NCBI GenBank assembly: GCA_016839585.1
Contig: JAEOTZ010000058.1
Location: forward strand, 1-64,000
Reading direction: 5' to 3'
Source: Promethearchaeota archaeon
GTDB taxonomy: Archaea; Asgardarchaeota; Lokiarchaeia; Sigyniarchaeales; SOKP01
Length of the DNA: 64,000 nucleotides
In this document: positions 29,106 to 38,849 of the stretch, one piece after another
How positions within the stretch are numbered: the stretch's first letter is position 1
Layout: each line of letters begins with the position of its first letter
The notes under the pieces: model-generated
Told to the model about the DNA's origin: nothing
Seen by the model: the letters and a program-made list of their open reading frames with translations, nothing else
Databases searched by the model: none
Translations under genes and position numbers: made by a program

Positions 29106-29918
29106 TTACTTCTTATATAGCCCAAAGAAAATTATTAGGAAAACAAAGATGTCAACTAATTCAGTTATTATGATATAACTTGCTTCTTCCCCTAAAATAT
29201 TTTGCATGACCGGTCGAAAAATGCTAGAAAATAAGTATAAAAGAAAACCAAGGGTTAATATACCTGGTTTTACTACTGTAAGACGGTTTAATCTATAAGC
29301 TAAGTAAAAAATATATACAATTCCTATTAGTGAAGGGATGACAATACTAGGTAAGAGCATACCCATAGTTGTGATGTTTGGAGCCATAATTACTACAAAT
29401 GACTCAATACCAACAACAATTAATATAATGCTCATTCTTAATTTATTCATGTATTTTTTATCTTTTAATTTTTGAAATCGATCTTCCAGCCTAAAAAAGA
29501 TTATTTCGAGACCGAGATAAATTAAGGGTGCTACTTCGAAAATAATTATGAAAAAACGGAATTTTAGAAATAGTAAAACTACAGAGTCATTGAATGTATA
29601 GAATGTAAGATCCCAAAGTAAATCAATTGCCTTACCAAAGGTAAGGATAAGAAAAAATAGAGCTAATAAAAATGGAATGTCGGATAAATATTGGGCTTCT
29701 TGTTTAAACCATTTATGAAATAAATAATAAGCAGTTATAGAAAGGATTATTATTCTGATGGATATAATCAAAACGACTTCGAAGGCGCCTTCATAATCTT
29801 CAAAAGTCTGAATTATTAGTGAAAAATTGAGGTAATATAAAATAACAATCCCAGCAATGGCTAAAATAAGACATATGAAAAGCGATAATTTGTAACGTCC
29901 TTTTTTTGATAATTCCAT
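29106..29918 (-). CDS. multi-pass membrane protein (7-8 TM)
   Basis: Hydrophobic helices throughout. Confidence 0.8.
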   Translation of the reverse strand: MELSKKGRYKLSLFICLILAIAGIVILYYLNFSLIIQTFEDYEGAFEVVLIISIRIIILSITAYYLFHKWFKQEAQYLSDIPFLLALFFLILTFGKAIDLLWDLTFYTFNDSVVLLFLKFRFFIIIFEVAPLIYLGLEIIFFRLEDRFQKLKDKKYMNKLRMSIILIVVGIESFVVIMAPNITTMGMLLPSIVIPSLIGIVYIFYLAYRLNRLTVVKPGILTLGFLLYLFSSIFRPVMQNILGEEASYIIITELVDIFVFLIIFFGLYKK

Positions 29919-30009
29919 ACATTTTTATATACTTTTATCTTTTTAAATTGAACTGAAAAAAATTATTAATCAAATTTACAACTGTAGAAGAAAAATATAA
30001 AAAAAAAAA

Positions 30010-31173
30010 TTAAGAAATAACGTGTTGAATTGACTTTCTTCTTTTCTTTCGAAACATATCCTTGTTTAATTCAATTTGTTCTCTATTCGCATCCTGTTCT
30101 AATTGAGTATGAATTTGTTCTAATAATACTTCTTGAGAAACACCGATTTTCTCTAAGAATTGAGTCACTTCCTTTTCTTTGAATTTATTTTCCAGAATTA
30201 AAGGAGCAGCAATCTTTAAGGTTCGAAGCCACTTTTTTCTGGATTCAGTTTCTTGGCGTACTAATTCGGCATATTGGTATGCATAAAGAATCCCACCATA
30301 GCGATTAAAATCATAAAAGGTTGCCGCATGTACCACATTACAATTGGTTAACAGGGGATCAGCATGTCCTTTTTTAATATAATTTTTTGATTCGACAAGA
30401 TTTATAATATCTTCTTCTCTATAAGGAATTACATGATAAGGAAGGAGTATTCGTGGTATTTTACCACTACTAATTTCTTCTTCTGTTAAATACCATCTTC
30501 TATCGCTCTCCTTAAAGGGTTCTCGAGTAATAATTTCTGGCTTCCAATGGTGAATGACTTCTTCTTGAGGCATTTTATAGAAGTATCTAAAAATTTGGTC
30601 AGGAGAATAGCCAAACAGTACATAAGGAATCTTATATTTCATCGCTTCCTTTACCACAATGCTGTGAATTAAATCAGAACAGTAATCGCAGATATATCGT
30701 GCCAATAACGTCTCATTGGAAAAATGATTTAGAAAATGATATTTATAGAGTTTTATAAAGGTACTTGCCGCATTTTCGATTAAAACATGATCCACCTGAA
30801 TTTGCTGTAATGTGTCTTTTATATTTTCTTTTGCAATATCTGTCATAAAGCCTGTATCAGAAGTTACTGCTAATGGTGTCAATCCGAGATTGTTAACCAA
30901 ATGATCCAAAAGTGCCGTAGAATCCTTTCCTCCAGAATAACCAAGCACACAATCATACTTTACCTTTTCATGATTCTTTTTCATATCAGCTACAACCATA
31001 TTCCAATCAGAAAGAGAATTTTCCCTTCTCTTTTCATCAATAATTGTACGTGACCAGTTGTTATTCTTATGATTAGGATCAGCACAGAAGTCGCATACCC
31101 CATCCAAATTTAGTTGTACACCTAAAAATCCATCCGGTAATATACATTTTCTACAAATTTGTTTTTCTATCAT
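30010..31173 (-). CDS. PP-loop ATPase, N-acetyl sugar amidotransferase-like
   Basis: CRKCILP, GVCDFC, YDCVLGYSGGKDS, CDYC; likely start ATG 31173 (the track's upstream extension spans the promoter region). Confidence 0.85.
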   Translation of the reverse strand: MIEKQICRKCILPDGFLGVQLNLDGVCDFCADPNHKNNNWSRTIIDEKRRENSLSDWNMVVADMKKNHEKVKYDCVLGYSGGKDSTALLDHLVNNLGLTPLAVTSDTGFMTDIAKENIKDTLQQIQVDHVLIENAASTFIKLYKYHFLNHFSNETLLARYICDYCSDLIHSIVVKEAMKYKIPYVLFGYSPDQIFRYFYKMPQEEVIHHWKPEIITREPFKESDRRWYLTEEEISSGKIPRILLPYHVIPYREEDIINLVESKNYIKKGHADPLLTNCNVVHAATFYDFNRYGGILYAYQYAELVRQETESRKKWLRTLKIAAPLILENKFKEKEVTQFLEKIGVSQEVLLEQIHTQLEQDANREQIELNKDMFRKKRRKSIQHVIS

Positions 31174-31231
31174 AATTATTGCCTTTTTTTTAACAATTTT
31201 TACAAAGGTTACAACAAAATTCTGATGATTA

Positions 31232-31284
31232 GTTATAAAGAAAAAAATAGATGATTGCCTTCCTTCTACTTTTTCCTTTAAATA
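31232..31284. promoter_or_regulatory. divergent motif variants TTTTTCTTTATAAC (-, 31232-31245) and TTTTCCTTTAAATA (+, 31271-31284)
   Basis: Back-to-back copies between divergent genes. Confidence 0.6.
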
Positions 31285-31330
31285 GAAATGAAAAAATAAT
31301 TTTCTTAATAAAAAAAGAGGTGAGTTACTC

Positions 31331-32521
31331 ATCGTTCAAGTATTACAAAAAATTGATAAAGAAGTCATAAAAGTATATGAGACAGAAGATATCCAAGAAA
31401 TTAAAAAAATTCTTGAAACGTTACTTTATGTTCCTAATGATAAGATAAAGCCACAGATTATAGCTACATTAATTGATTATTTATCCGAAAGATTTTCCGA
31501 TATATCTTACAAAATAAAAGTTTTTGTCGCCTATCGAGATACGGAACCTTGTGGCTTTGTTCTTTCTGATCTAAATCCTGAGTATAAGAGTTATAGCAGA
31601 AGATGTGGAACATTTGGATGGTTACTCGCTGAAAGTAGAGAAGTTTGCAGAATTCTCCTGAAAAATTGTGAAATATTTGCGAAAGAAAATAAAATCAGAA
31701 GAATTCGAGGTCCTATTAATTTTCCTAAAAATGCCATGGGCTATGGACTACAAACCCAAGGATTTGACCAATCATTGCTTTATGGAGTAGCATTCAATGA
31801 TCCACAATCTCACTTATATGAGCTTTTGTCTAGCGTAGGCTATGAGGTTGAGTCAGAATATACCTGTGTAAAAGTGATGGAAGAATCGTGGAAGAAAGGA
31901 AATTCTTTAGCTCGGAATCTAAAATTGTGTTGCCTAACGTTAGATGAGTTAATGGAAAAAGTAGATGATATTGTGGAACTTGCCCGTGATTCTTTTAGCA
32001 CCTTACTTCCCGACACTTCCGGTGGGGGAAGAGAAAATGTGTTGGAACTCATTGATTTAGCTATTAGCGTACCAAAACCTTATTTTCACCATAAAATTTG
32101 TTATGATCCCTACAAACATTATAGCCATATTCCAGAATTCATTGAAGCATGGAAAGAAGCAGATCTGGAAAATATGATTACCGTATTTCCTATGGCTCTC
32201 GAAAGAAAGACAAATAGACTTGTTGGAATGTTAATCGGAGTCCTTGATTATTACCAGTATTGGAATGGCAATTATATATCTCGAGTAAATGTTCATACTG
32301 CTATGGTACGAAAAGGATATAATGGAATGGGGATCTTTTCTTCCTTAAACAATTTTGGACAGGCAACCAATAGGTCTATGTGGGGGCTAACATATTATGA
32401 AGGAACGGCAATTTGGTCTAAAAATTCGAAGGGTGTCAATAATGATAAGGCCATAAGTTCAATATTCCCTCACTGTAAGCCAATTAGAAGGCATGTGGTA
32501 TTTGAAAAACGCCTTAAGTAA
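31331..32521 (+). CDS. tandem-GNAT (YghO-like) acyltransferase, probable ATC start
   Basis: Frame open 135 codons upstream of ATG 31736 (GTFGW, RIRGPINF); GAGGTGA RBS 7 nt before ATC 31331; no ATG/GTG/TTG between in-frame stop 31289 and ATG 31736. Confidence 0.75.
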   Translation: MVQVLQKIDKEVIKVYETEDIQEIKKILETLLYVPNDKIKPQIIATLIDYLSERFSDISYKIKVFVAYRDTEPCGFVLSDLNPEYKSYSRRCGTFGWLLAESREVCRILLKNCEIFAKENKIRRIRGPINFPKNAMGYGLQTQGFDQSLLYGVAFNDPQSHLYELLSSVGYEVESEYTCVKVMEESWKKGNSLARNLKLCCLTLDELMEKVDDIVELARDSFSTLLPDTSGGGRENVLELIDLAISVPKPYFHHKICYDPYKHYSHIPEFIEAWKEADLENMITVFPMALERKTNRLVGMLIGVLDYYQYWNGNYISRVNVHTAMVRKGYNGMGIFSSLNNFGQATNRSMWGLTYYEGTAIWSKNSKGVNNDKAISSIFPHCKPIRRHVVFEKRLK

Positions 32522-32586
32522 ATTATTCTTTAAGAAGAAAAATAAAATTTATTTTTATAAAATTTAAAATAATCTCATTTTTTCTC

Positions 32587-32600
32587 TTTTTCTTTAAATA
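32587..32600 (+). promoter_or_regulatory. TTTTTCTTTAAATA motif (last exact copy seen in the window)
   Basis: Exact copy upstream of 32660/32793. Confidence 0.6.
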
Positions 32601-32659
32601 TGCTGAATTGAAAATAATAATAATAATAATTCTAATTACAGATTTAAATTTGACATTTT

Positions 32660-32812
32660 ATGACCGAAAGCAGGCATATTGAATATGATATCCCTTGGAA
32701 ATGGAGTGAAGAACAAATAAAAGAGAAAATAAGAAAAAACAAGGTTGTTAACAAAATTCGAAACGATCTACTGAAAACAAGATTAGTGAAAAATGATGGC
32801 AGGATTAGATAG
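32660..32812 (+). CDS. 50-aa basic small protein (MTESRHIEYDIPWKWSEEQIKEK...)
   Basis: Below the track cutoff; follows the promoter motif and overlaps the next gene start. Confidence 0.5.
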   Translation: MTESRHIEYDIPWKWSEEQIKEKIRKNKVVNKIRNDLLKTRLVKNDGRIR

Positions 32813-33197
32813 AATGTATGATGCTCAGGCAGATATTCAAGGCTATATCGAAAAAAGTATTAGAGAACTATTAGAAGAGGATATGAATGAATTACAAGAT
32901 CCTAATTGGGTGCAAGCAGCAACACTTTTTGGGCATGTGGTTATCCCATGTGAGTCGTATATAAGGGATTATTGGTATGATTTAGCAAAAGATATTGTAA
33001 AGAAAGCAGAACAGCATGATAATCGAGTTGTGTATCAAGATATTTCTCCTAGGTTGTATAATCAAGAAGTAATCGATTCTCATTCCGTCGATGTGAACAA
33101 TTTACCTGATGGTGCTAATGTGGTGGAGTATGGGAATCTCATTGAAAAGATCAAGAAATGGATGACCAATTTTAAAAAGACTATGGCTCAATTTTAA
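32793..33197 (+). CDS. hypothetical protein
   Basis: ORF with typical composition. Confidence 0.7.
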   Translation: MMAGLDRMYDAQADIQGYIEKSIRELLEEDMNELQDPNWVQAATLFGHVVIPCESYIRDYWYDLAKDIVKKAEQHDNRVVYQDISPRLYNQEVIDSHSVDVNNLPDGANVVEYGNLIEKIKKWMTNFKKTMAQF

Positions 33198-33219
33198 AAC
33201 TTTTTAAAAAGGTAACAAT

Positions 33220-33468
33220 TTATTTTATATGTCGAATCAAGAATTCTTCAAGTTCCTTTATTAAATCATCTTTACATTGAGGATTCGACCAATCCCCTTT
33301 ATTAAATAGATCCTCCTCTGTTGCTTTACGTTGTAATCCTAATTTGGCAATTACATAATAAACATGGCGATAAAAATCGCTAAATTCGTCCTCAGAACAG
33401 ATCTCATCTAAAGCTAACTGGAACAATAGCTTTCTTGCTTGCTCAATTTTTTTATTCTCTGCATTCAT
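33220..33468 (-). CDS. small hypothetical protein
   Basis: ORF with typical composition. Confidence 0.6.
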   Translation of the reverse strand: MNAENKKIEQARKLLFQLALDEICSEDEFSDFYRHVYYVIAKLGLQRKATEEDLFNKGDWSNPQCKDDLIKELEEFLIRHIK

Positions 33469-33661
33469 TTATCGTATAAAGAGAATAAAGAATGATTAAA
33501 AACGAAGAGTCTACAGAAATTTTTTATAAAATTCAGATTTATTATCGGAATTTAGCTAAATTTAGCAAAAATATTAAAATGCAAATGATAGCTGTCACAT
33601 CAATTATATTTCGAATTATTGCTTTTTCTTTAACTATCTTTATTCCACTAAGTTATTAAAA

Positions 33662-33820
33662 GTGATTTATGATGATGTGGATTTCTTAGATAACTATAAT
33701 CCTTTAAAGAATTTGAAATGGAGCGAAAAAGATAAGAGATGGATGAATCAGAAGTTATTTAATGAGAAATTTGAACCAGTACACCCCCCATTAATCCCTG
33801 AAGAAGCGGACGAGAGTTAA
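33662..33820 (+). CDS. 52-aa ORF or gene remnant (MIYDDVDFLDNYNPLKNLKWSEKDKRW...)
   Basis: Manual translation from GTG; protein-like composition. Confidence 0.35.
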   Translation: MIYDDVDFLDNYNPLKNLKWSEKDKRWMNQKLFNEKFEPVHPPLIPEEADES

Positions 33821-34101
33821 ATATTATTATGTGATATGTCTAAACAAATCTTTATCTAAGAGATAATATTATTATCTATTTAAAAATTAAATCTATAAGA
33901 TTGATGAACTTATTCACCAGACTTTAATAATTCCTCATATCTTCTTTTTGCTTTTAGATATGCCCTTAAAAAAAGCAATCCTATGAAAGGAAAATAAGGG
34001 TAATTATCGGGATAATCCAGAATGTTCTTTACTTCTTATTTTGAACTTATATAATACTTATATAAAATTTTTAAAAAAAAAAATTAAATTTAGATTTTTA
34101 A

Positions 34102-34500
34102 TTATTCTTGAATACTCCGAGATCTTCTGATAAAAATTGCAATAGTAGATACTGCCGCTGCTAACGATATGAATCCTATCAGTAAAATCGGAACCCAATT
34201 AATTTCTGATGGTTTAGAGATTGTAGGTTCTCCAATTGTAAACACATAGTCGTTCTCATCATACCCACTCCCACCAAACCCATCGTCAACAGTCACCCTA
34301 ATTAATACCGTATCGCAAAAGTCTATACCGCTAATATCCCAATCATAATAATTCCCACTAACACTAGTTTCTATCAAACGCCATCCAGTATTGGCAAGAT
34401 TATATGCAATTGTAAACGTAAGATTATCGCCATCAGGATCCAAAGCAGACCATTCGATTCTCAAGGTATTTTCGAAAACTTCATTTCCATTCGGCTTGTA
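34102..34500 (-). pseudogene. 3' remnant of a cell-surface protein (PNGxE Ig-like module + TM anchor)
   Basis: Frame extends to YKPNGNEVFENTLRIEW..., cut off by TAG 34507-34509; no signal peptide. Confidence 0.7.
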
Positions 34501-34759
34501 ATGAGTCTAGTTTTTTAATTTCATTAGTAAATTCAGTAAAAACTTCAGCAAATGTTATTGATAATCGTATAAAAACTAAATAATCGAATATCTCGAAAAA
34601 GAAATTCAATATATTCTTTAGATTTCAAATGTTCAAATAAAAAGGTGCCCTTTAAATATTCAGGAGAAAAACAAAAAGTAATAGTTTGATCACTATTTTT
34701 CTCTATTTTTTAAGAGAATATAATGGAAGGATTTTTAGTTGTAGCATACTATTTCTCTC

Positions 34760-37700
34760 ATGCCTTCCATTTTTCTCTCATCATTAAATTTTATAATTTT
34801 TGAACTCTATCGGAGTCATCCTGTGATGCCTCAAATAGTGTTATATAATCCAATTGTATTAAGCGAACAATGGTATAATCAATTACAACCTGATTTAGGT
34901 CATTTAGTTGTACAAGTGCAATGTCCAGAGTGTGCTATCTCATCAGGAATGGGTGCCTATAATATGAGCTATGTGGAGAATCAAGCGGGATATAAGGCAA
35001 AGATTCCTCTGTTCAGTAATGGTTTTGAATATCCAATTAGCCATATATCCATTGATTTTGTAAAGGGTCATCCTCAAGATGGTGTAAGTTATTTTGCTCA
35101 GGATCTTGTTATCAATGAGTCTTATTATTCCATTGATAGTGGTAATCTATATTTCACCATGCCTGTTGAAGAGATTATATCTGAAAAGTATCAATTTTAT
35201 GATGATGTCTTGCATGAAATAAGGATAGGGAGCTATGCTGATTCTAATATTTATTATGATATGCATATCTATTTTGATATTTTTATACCCGACACCACCG
35301 AAGAAACGCATAATTTGGCATTAGCTCAGGCTACCTCTTATGCCATTATGGACTACTTTAATCAATATACCTATGCTGAAATCACGGCTAATATGATTTC
35401 TGAGATTGCCTATACTGAATCAGTTACCTTCTGGTCTACCTTAATTAGTGCCCCCTTAATGTGGTTTGGATCGTGGACTACAAAGGGAACAGAGACTGCC
35501 TTAGGGCAGGCAGGATCGAAGTCAATTGGTGCTGTGATCGCAAAAGGGATGGCGCAGGTAATTACTGCTCCTATTAAGGAAGTATTTGAAGAGATTATTA
35601 AAGATGGCTTCATTGAGGCATTCGCAGAGGGTCTTACTGATATTATGGGCTGGGCTGAAGATGTTGGATTTTGGATATCTTCGATGGCTACTTCTGGTAG
35701 GGAGACGGTGGGATCGTTAGGAAAAATTGCGTTGGGAAAGACTGGTGTAAAAGCTAATTTTAAGAATGCAGTTGCTTTAAGTAGAGCTGTAGCTGCAGGT
35801 GATATGAAGGCAGTGGCTGATATTCAGCAAAAAATTAAGCAAGAGGCACAACAACAACTAGAGCTTGCCCAGCAGAGAGAGCAGGACAAGAGTATGTGGC
35901 AGAAGCTAATAGGATCTAATTTCTTTAAGGGGTTCACAATGATGATGCCAGGCTTGTTTGTTGGAACTTTCGACTTTTTATCATTTGCGGGGCTGAGTAA
36001 TATGCTTGCTGGAGCTATTAATATTGTCCCTAGCGCATATGCACATTATAGGGCAAAGATTCAGGCATATAAGAGTAATAAGATTACAAAGGTTGTGGGG
36101 GATAAGGCACTCTATTCCTATGATATTTTAGTAAAACAGATGAAAAAGCCAGCAGATATCGATGGTGAAGCTCTTAATAATTTATTTAGAGGATTACAAG
36201 AGACGGGTATCATTAATGAACCTGCAATCGATATTTCCGTCCTCTTTAATCCTAATCCAATACAGACTCAGCAGATTGAAATTTTTAGCAAATTTCAAGA
36301 ACTCTCATCAGCTAAAAGTATCCAAGAGAAATTTCAATACAAGAGAGAAGATGAGAAAATGCTAGATGAGGAACAAATTTATAGACCTACTATACATAAG
36401 ACCGAAATTTCTATTGCTGATGAGGAAGGAGTATTCTCTAGTTTTGACAGAGACCTAATAGAATATCTCTATAATGAGTTTTTGTTGCTTGAAGATAGGC
36501 AACCTCAAAAAGCCCCTGATAAGAAGATCTCAAGAATTCCTTTCCCTGTAGATTTACTGAGGGATGCGATTGACATGCTTAGTTCAACATGCTACGATGG
36601 ATTACCAGTTATTGTTGAAAAAGAGCAAGATATTGCTATAAATGATGAGATTTCTAGTAAAATCATCAATAAAATAGAGAGCGGTCTACAAATCAATAAA
36701 CTTGAAAGAATCATTATGGATGTTGGAATCCTCATAGCAGGAGGTTATCAAATTGATGGAAAGGTAAATTCAGAGTCTGATTTCAATGAAAATTCCATTG
36801 AAAAAATTAAGGAAAATCAAGACAAACTGATTGTAGCAAAAGTATTAGGAGTATCAATGTATCCAATATTAAAACCGGGAACAGATGTTCCTATAAAAAC
36901 AATGCCACAAGGCTATAAATACAAAACGGGAGACATCATCGTTTTCAGTAGAGACGGAGTGAATATTATTCATCAAATTATAGATAGTTATGTTTATAAC
37001 GGTAAAATATATTATGTCACAAGTGGTTTAAATCCTGATACAAATCCTTATGTAGATAGTTCAACAATTTCAGAAGAACATATCATTGGGAAGGCTGATA
37101 TCTCTAAAGAAGCATTGGCAGGTATCGATGAACTTGTTAAGCAAGGAAGAGTACATTATATCGGAGCCTTTGGGCTGATTAATTATGGTGATTCAGAGGT
37201 TTATAGATCTGTCTTCGAAGATGGATTCAATAAATTACGTGAGCAAATTGAAACCTTAGATAAATCTTACAAAGAAAAACTATTAAATGAATTCCTAAAA
37301 GAAAATCTATTTGATACTCTTGTAGAATACTCTCAATATAAGGAAAATGAATATAAAGAATATGCTGAAAAAGATGGTGTAATAAAAAGTATCCATAATC
37401 CAACATGGAATAATGATGATAATGCAAAAAGAGTACAACGATTATTATGGGGAATTTTAACTGATTTTCGACATCCACTTACAGGTGAAAAAATAGATAA
37501 TCTTGAGGAATGGTTATCTTTTTCACTTCATCATTGGAGGACATCAGATGGTCAACTAAATAATAAGTATGATTGTAGGTTTTTATCACTTATCCCATTA
37601 CCAAGAGCAGGGGATAAAGGACATTCTCAAATCACTGCTCAAATCAGGATTGATGAGAATAGAGGTCTTTATTGGGAGAATGAAATAAGAAAAGCAATTA

Positions 37701-37855
37701 AATCAATTTTCGAAGGTGAGGCACCAAAAAGCTGGATTCCCTCATCTAAAGATGCCTTTAATACATATGCAAAGTCAATTAAACAAGTGAGAGAATTAAT
37801 AAAAATGTTCATAGCACATGATCCAAATTTTATGAAAGAATTAAAACTAATATAG
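34760..37855 (+). CDS. polymorphic-toxin-like protein: hydrophobic helical region, S26/S24 peptidase domain, C-terminal HNH-like nuclease
   Basis: KVLGVSMYPILKPG...GDIIVF...IIHQI...IIGK (~36840-37095); LHHW...NKYDC..LSLIPL...GHSQI (~37525-37635); probably 5'-truncated. Confidence 0.65.
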   Translation: MPSIFLSSLNFIIFELYRSHPVMPQIVLYNPIVLSEQWYNQLQPDLGHLVVQVQCPECAISSGMGAYNMSYVENQAGYKAKIPLFSNGFEYPISHISIDFVKGHPQDGVSYFAQDLVINESYYSIDSGNLYFTMPVEEIISEKYQFYDDVLHEIRIGSYADSNIYYDMHIYFDIFIPDTTEETHNLALAQATSYAIMDYFNQYTYAEITANMISEIAYTESVTFWSTLISAPLMWFGSWTTKGTETALGQAGSKSIGAVIAKGMAQVITAPIKEVFEEIIKDGFIEAFAEGLTDIMGWAEDVGFWISSMATSGRETVGSLGKIALGKTGVKANFKNAVALSRAVAAGDMKAVADIQQKIKQEAQQQLELAQQREQDKSMWQKLIGSNFFKGFTMMMPGLFVGTFDFLSFAGLSNMLAGAINIVPSAYAHYRAKIQAYKSNKITKVVGDKALYSYDILVKQMKKPADIDGEALNNLFRGLQETGIINEPAIDISVLFNPNPIQTQQIEIFSKFQELSSAKSIQEKFQYKREDEKMLDEEQIYRPTIHKTEISIADEEGVFSSFDRDLIEYLYNEFLLLEDRQPQKAPDKKISRIPFPVDLLRDAIDMLSSTCYDGLPVIVEKEQDIAINDEISSKIINKIESGLQINKLERIIMDVGILIAGGYQIDGKVNSESDFNENSIEKIKENQDKLIVAKVLGVSMYPILKPGTDVPIKTMPQGYKYKTGDIIVFSRDGVNIIHQIIDSYVYNGKIYYVTSGLNPDTNPYVDSSTISEEHIIGKADISKEALAGIDELVKQGRVHYIGAFGLINYGDSEVYRSVFEDGFNKLREQIETLDKSYKEKLLNEFLKENLFDTLVEYSQYKENEYKEYAEKDGVIKSIHNPTWNNDDNAKRVQRLLWGILTDFRHPLTGEKIDNLEEWLSFSLHHWRTSDGQLNNKYDCRFLSLIPLPRAGDKGHSQITAQIRIDENRGLYWENEIRKAIKSIFEGEAPKSWIPSSKDAFNTYAKSIKQVRELIKMFIAHDPNFMKELKLI

Positions 37856-37915
37856 TAATTTAAATATCATTTTTTTTTAATTAAATTAATGAATAAGGAG
37901 ATAAATGTATAAAAT

Positions 37916-38752
37916 ATGTTTTTTGGAGCAGAATTAGGTACAAAACGTAATGGATTGTCTAGTGAAGAACTTGAAATTATTGAGAAAATCGAATTAGGAA
38001 CTGTTGAGAAAACGTACATAAAAGTTAATGATAATTATAAAATAATATCATTAGATATAATGGACAATAAAATCGATCATATACCCGAGGAGATTCATAA
38101 ATTAAAATTTTTAGAAAGATTAACTATAAAAGCGAAAAAATTAAGTGAATTACCTGCTACGATAGGAAGTCTTTCAAATTTAAAGCATTTAATAATTTTT
38201 GAAAGTAATATTACAACTTTACCAAATTCAATAAAAAAATTAACTAATCTTGAAGAGTTGTTATTGAGTAAAAGCAACATAAAATATTTTCCCTTACAAA
38301 TTTCTGAGCTAAATAGTTTAGATTCACTTAGTTTAAATAATAATCAAATAAGAGAACTTCCTGAACTTATTGGAGATTTAATTAATTTACAATATCTATT
38401 TTTAAATGATAATAATATAGAGAATCTTCCCGAATCGATCTGTAACCTTAAAAATATTGACACATTTATTCTTGATAATAATCAAATAGAAGAACTTCCA
38501 GAAGATATTGGTAATATGAGCAATCTTGGAACTCTAAAAGTTAAGAATAATAAATTGAATTCACTTCCTAATTCTTTTATGAATTTGAAATGGTTAAGCG
38601 GTTTAGATTTAAGTGGGAATCGCTTCAAAGAGTTTCCAGAAGTATTAAAGAAGGTAAATCTATATGAACTTGACATTTCAGGAAATCCTATAAAGGAATT
38701 ACCAAAAAAACTTAAGAACATTAGATTAAAGGAAGATGGAAAGTATATTTAG
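37916..38752 (+). CDS. leucine-rich repeat protein (candidate immunity protein)
   Basis: About nine 23-aa LRRs (LxxLxLxxNxIxxLP); AAGGAG RBS; directly downstream of the toxin-like gene. Confidence 0.88.
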   Translation: MFFGAELGTKRNGLSSEELEIIEKIELGTVEKTYIKVNDNYKIISLDIMDNKIDHIPEEIHKLKFLERLTIKAKKLSELPATIGSLSNLKHLIIFESNITTLPNSIKKLTNLEELLLSKSNIKYFPLQISELNSLDSLSLNNNQIRELPELIGDLINLQYLFLNDNNIENLPESICNLKNIDTFILDNNQIEELPEDIGNMSNLGTLKVKNNKLNSLPNSFMNLKWLSGLDLSGNRFKEFPEVLKKVNLYELDISGNPIKELPKKLKNIRLKEDGKYI

Positions 38753-38849
38753 ACAATTATTTAAAATTCTCCCTCCCCCGTGGTGCCCCCTCCTAAAAAA
38801 GTAAGAGATTTTAAAATTAAGTACTATTTAATTGATAAATGAAATGATA

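Noticed and set aside
1-33200. Integrated plasmid/provirus explanation for block 1
   Set aside because: No integrase, replication, capsid or att repeats seen; content is TFB and repair genes. The left boundary lies outside the window, so this is not fully excluded.
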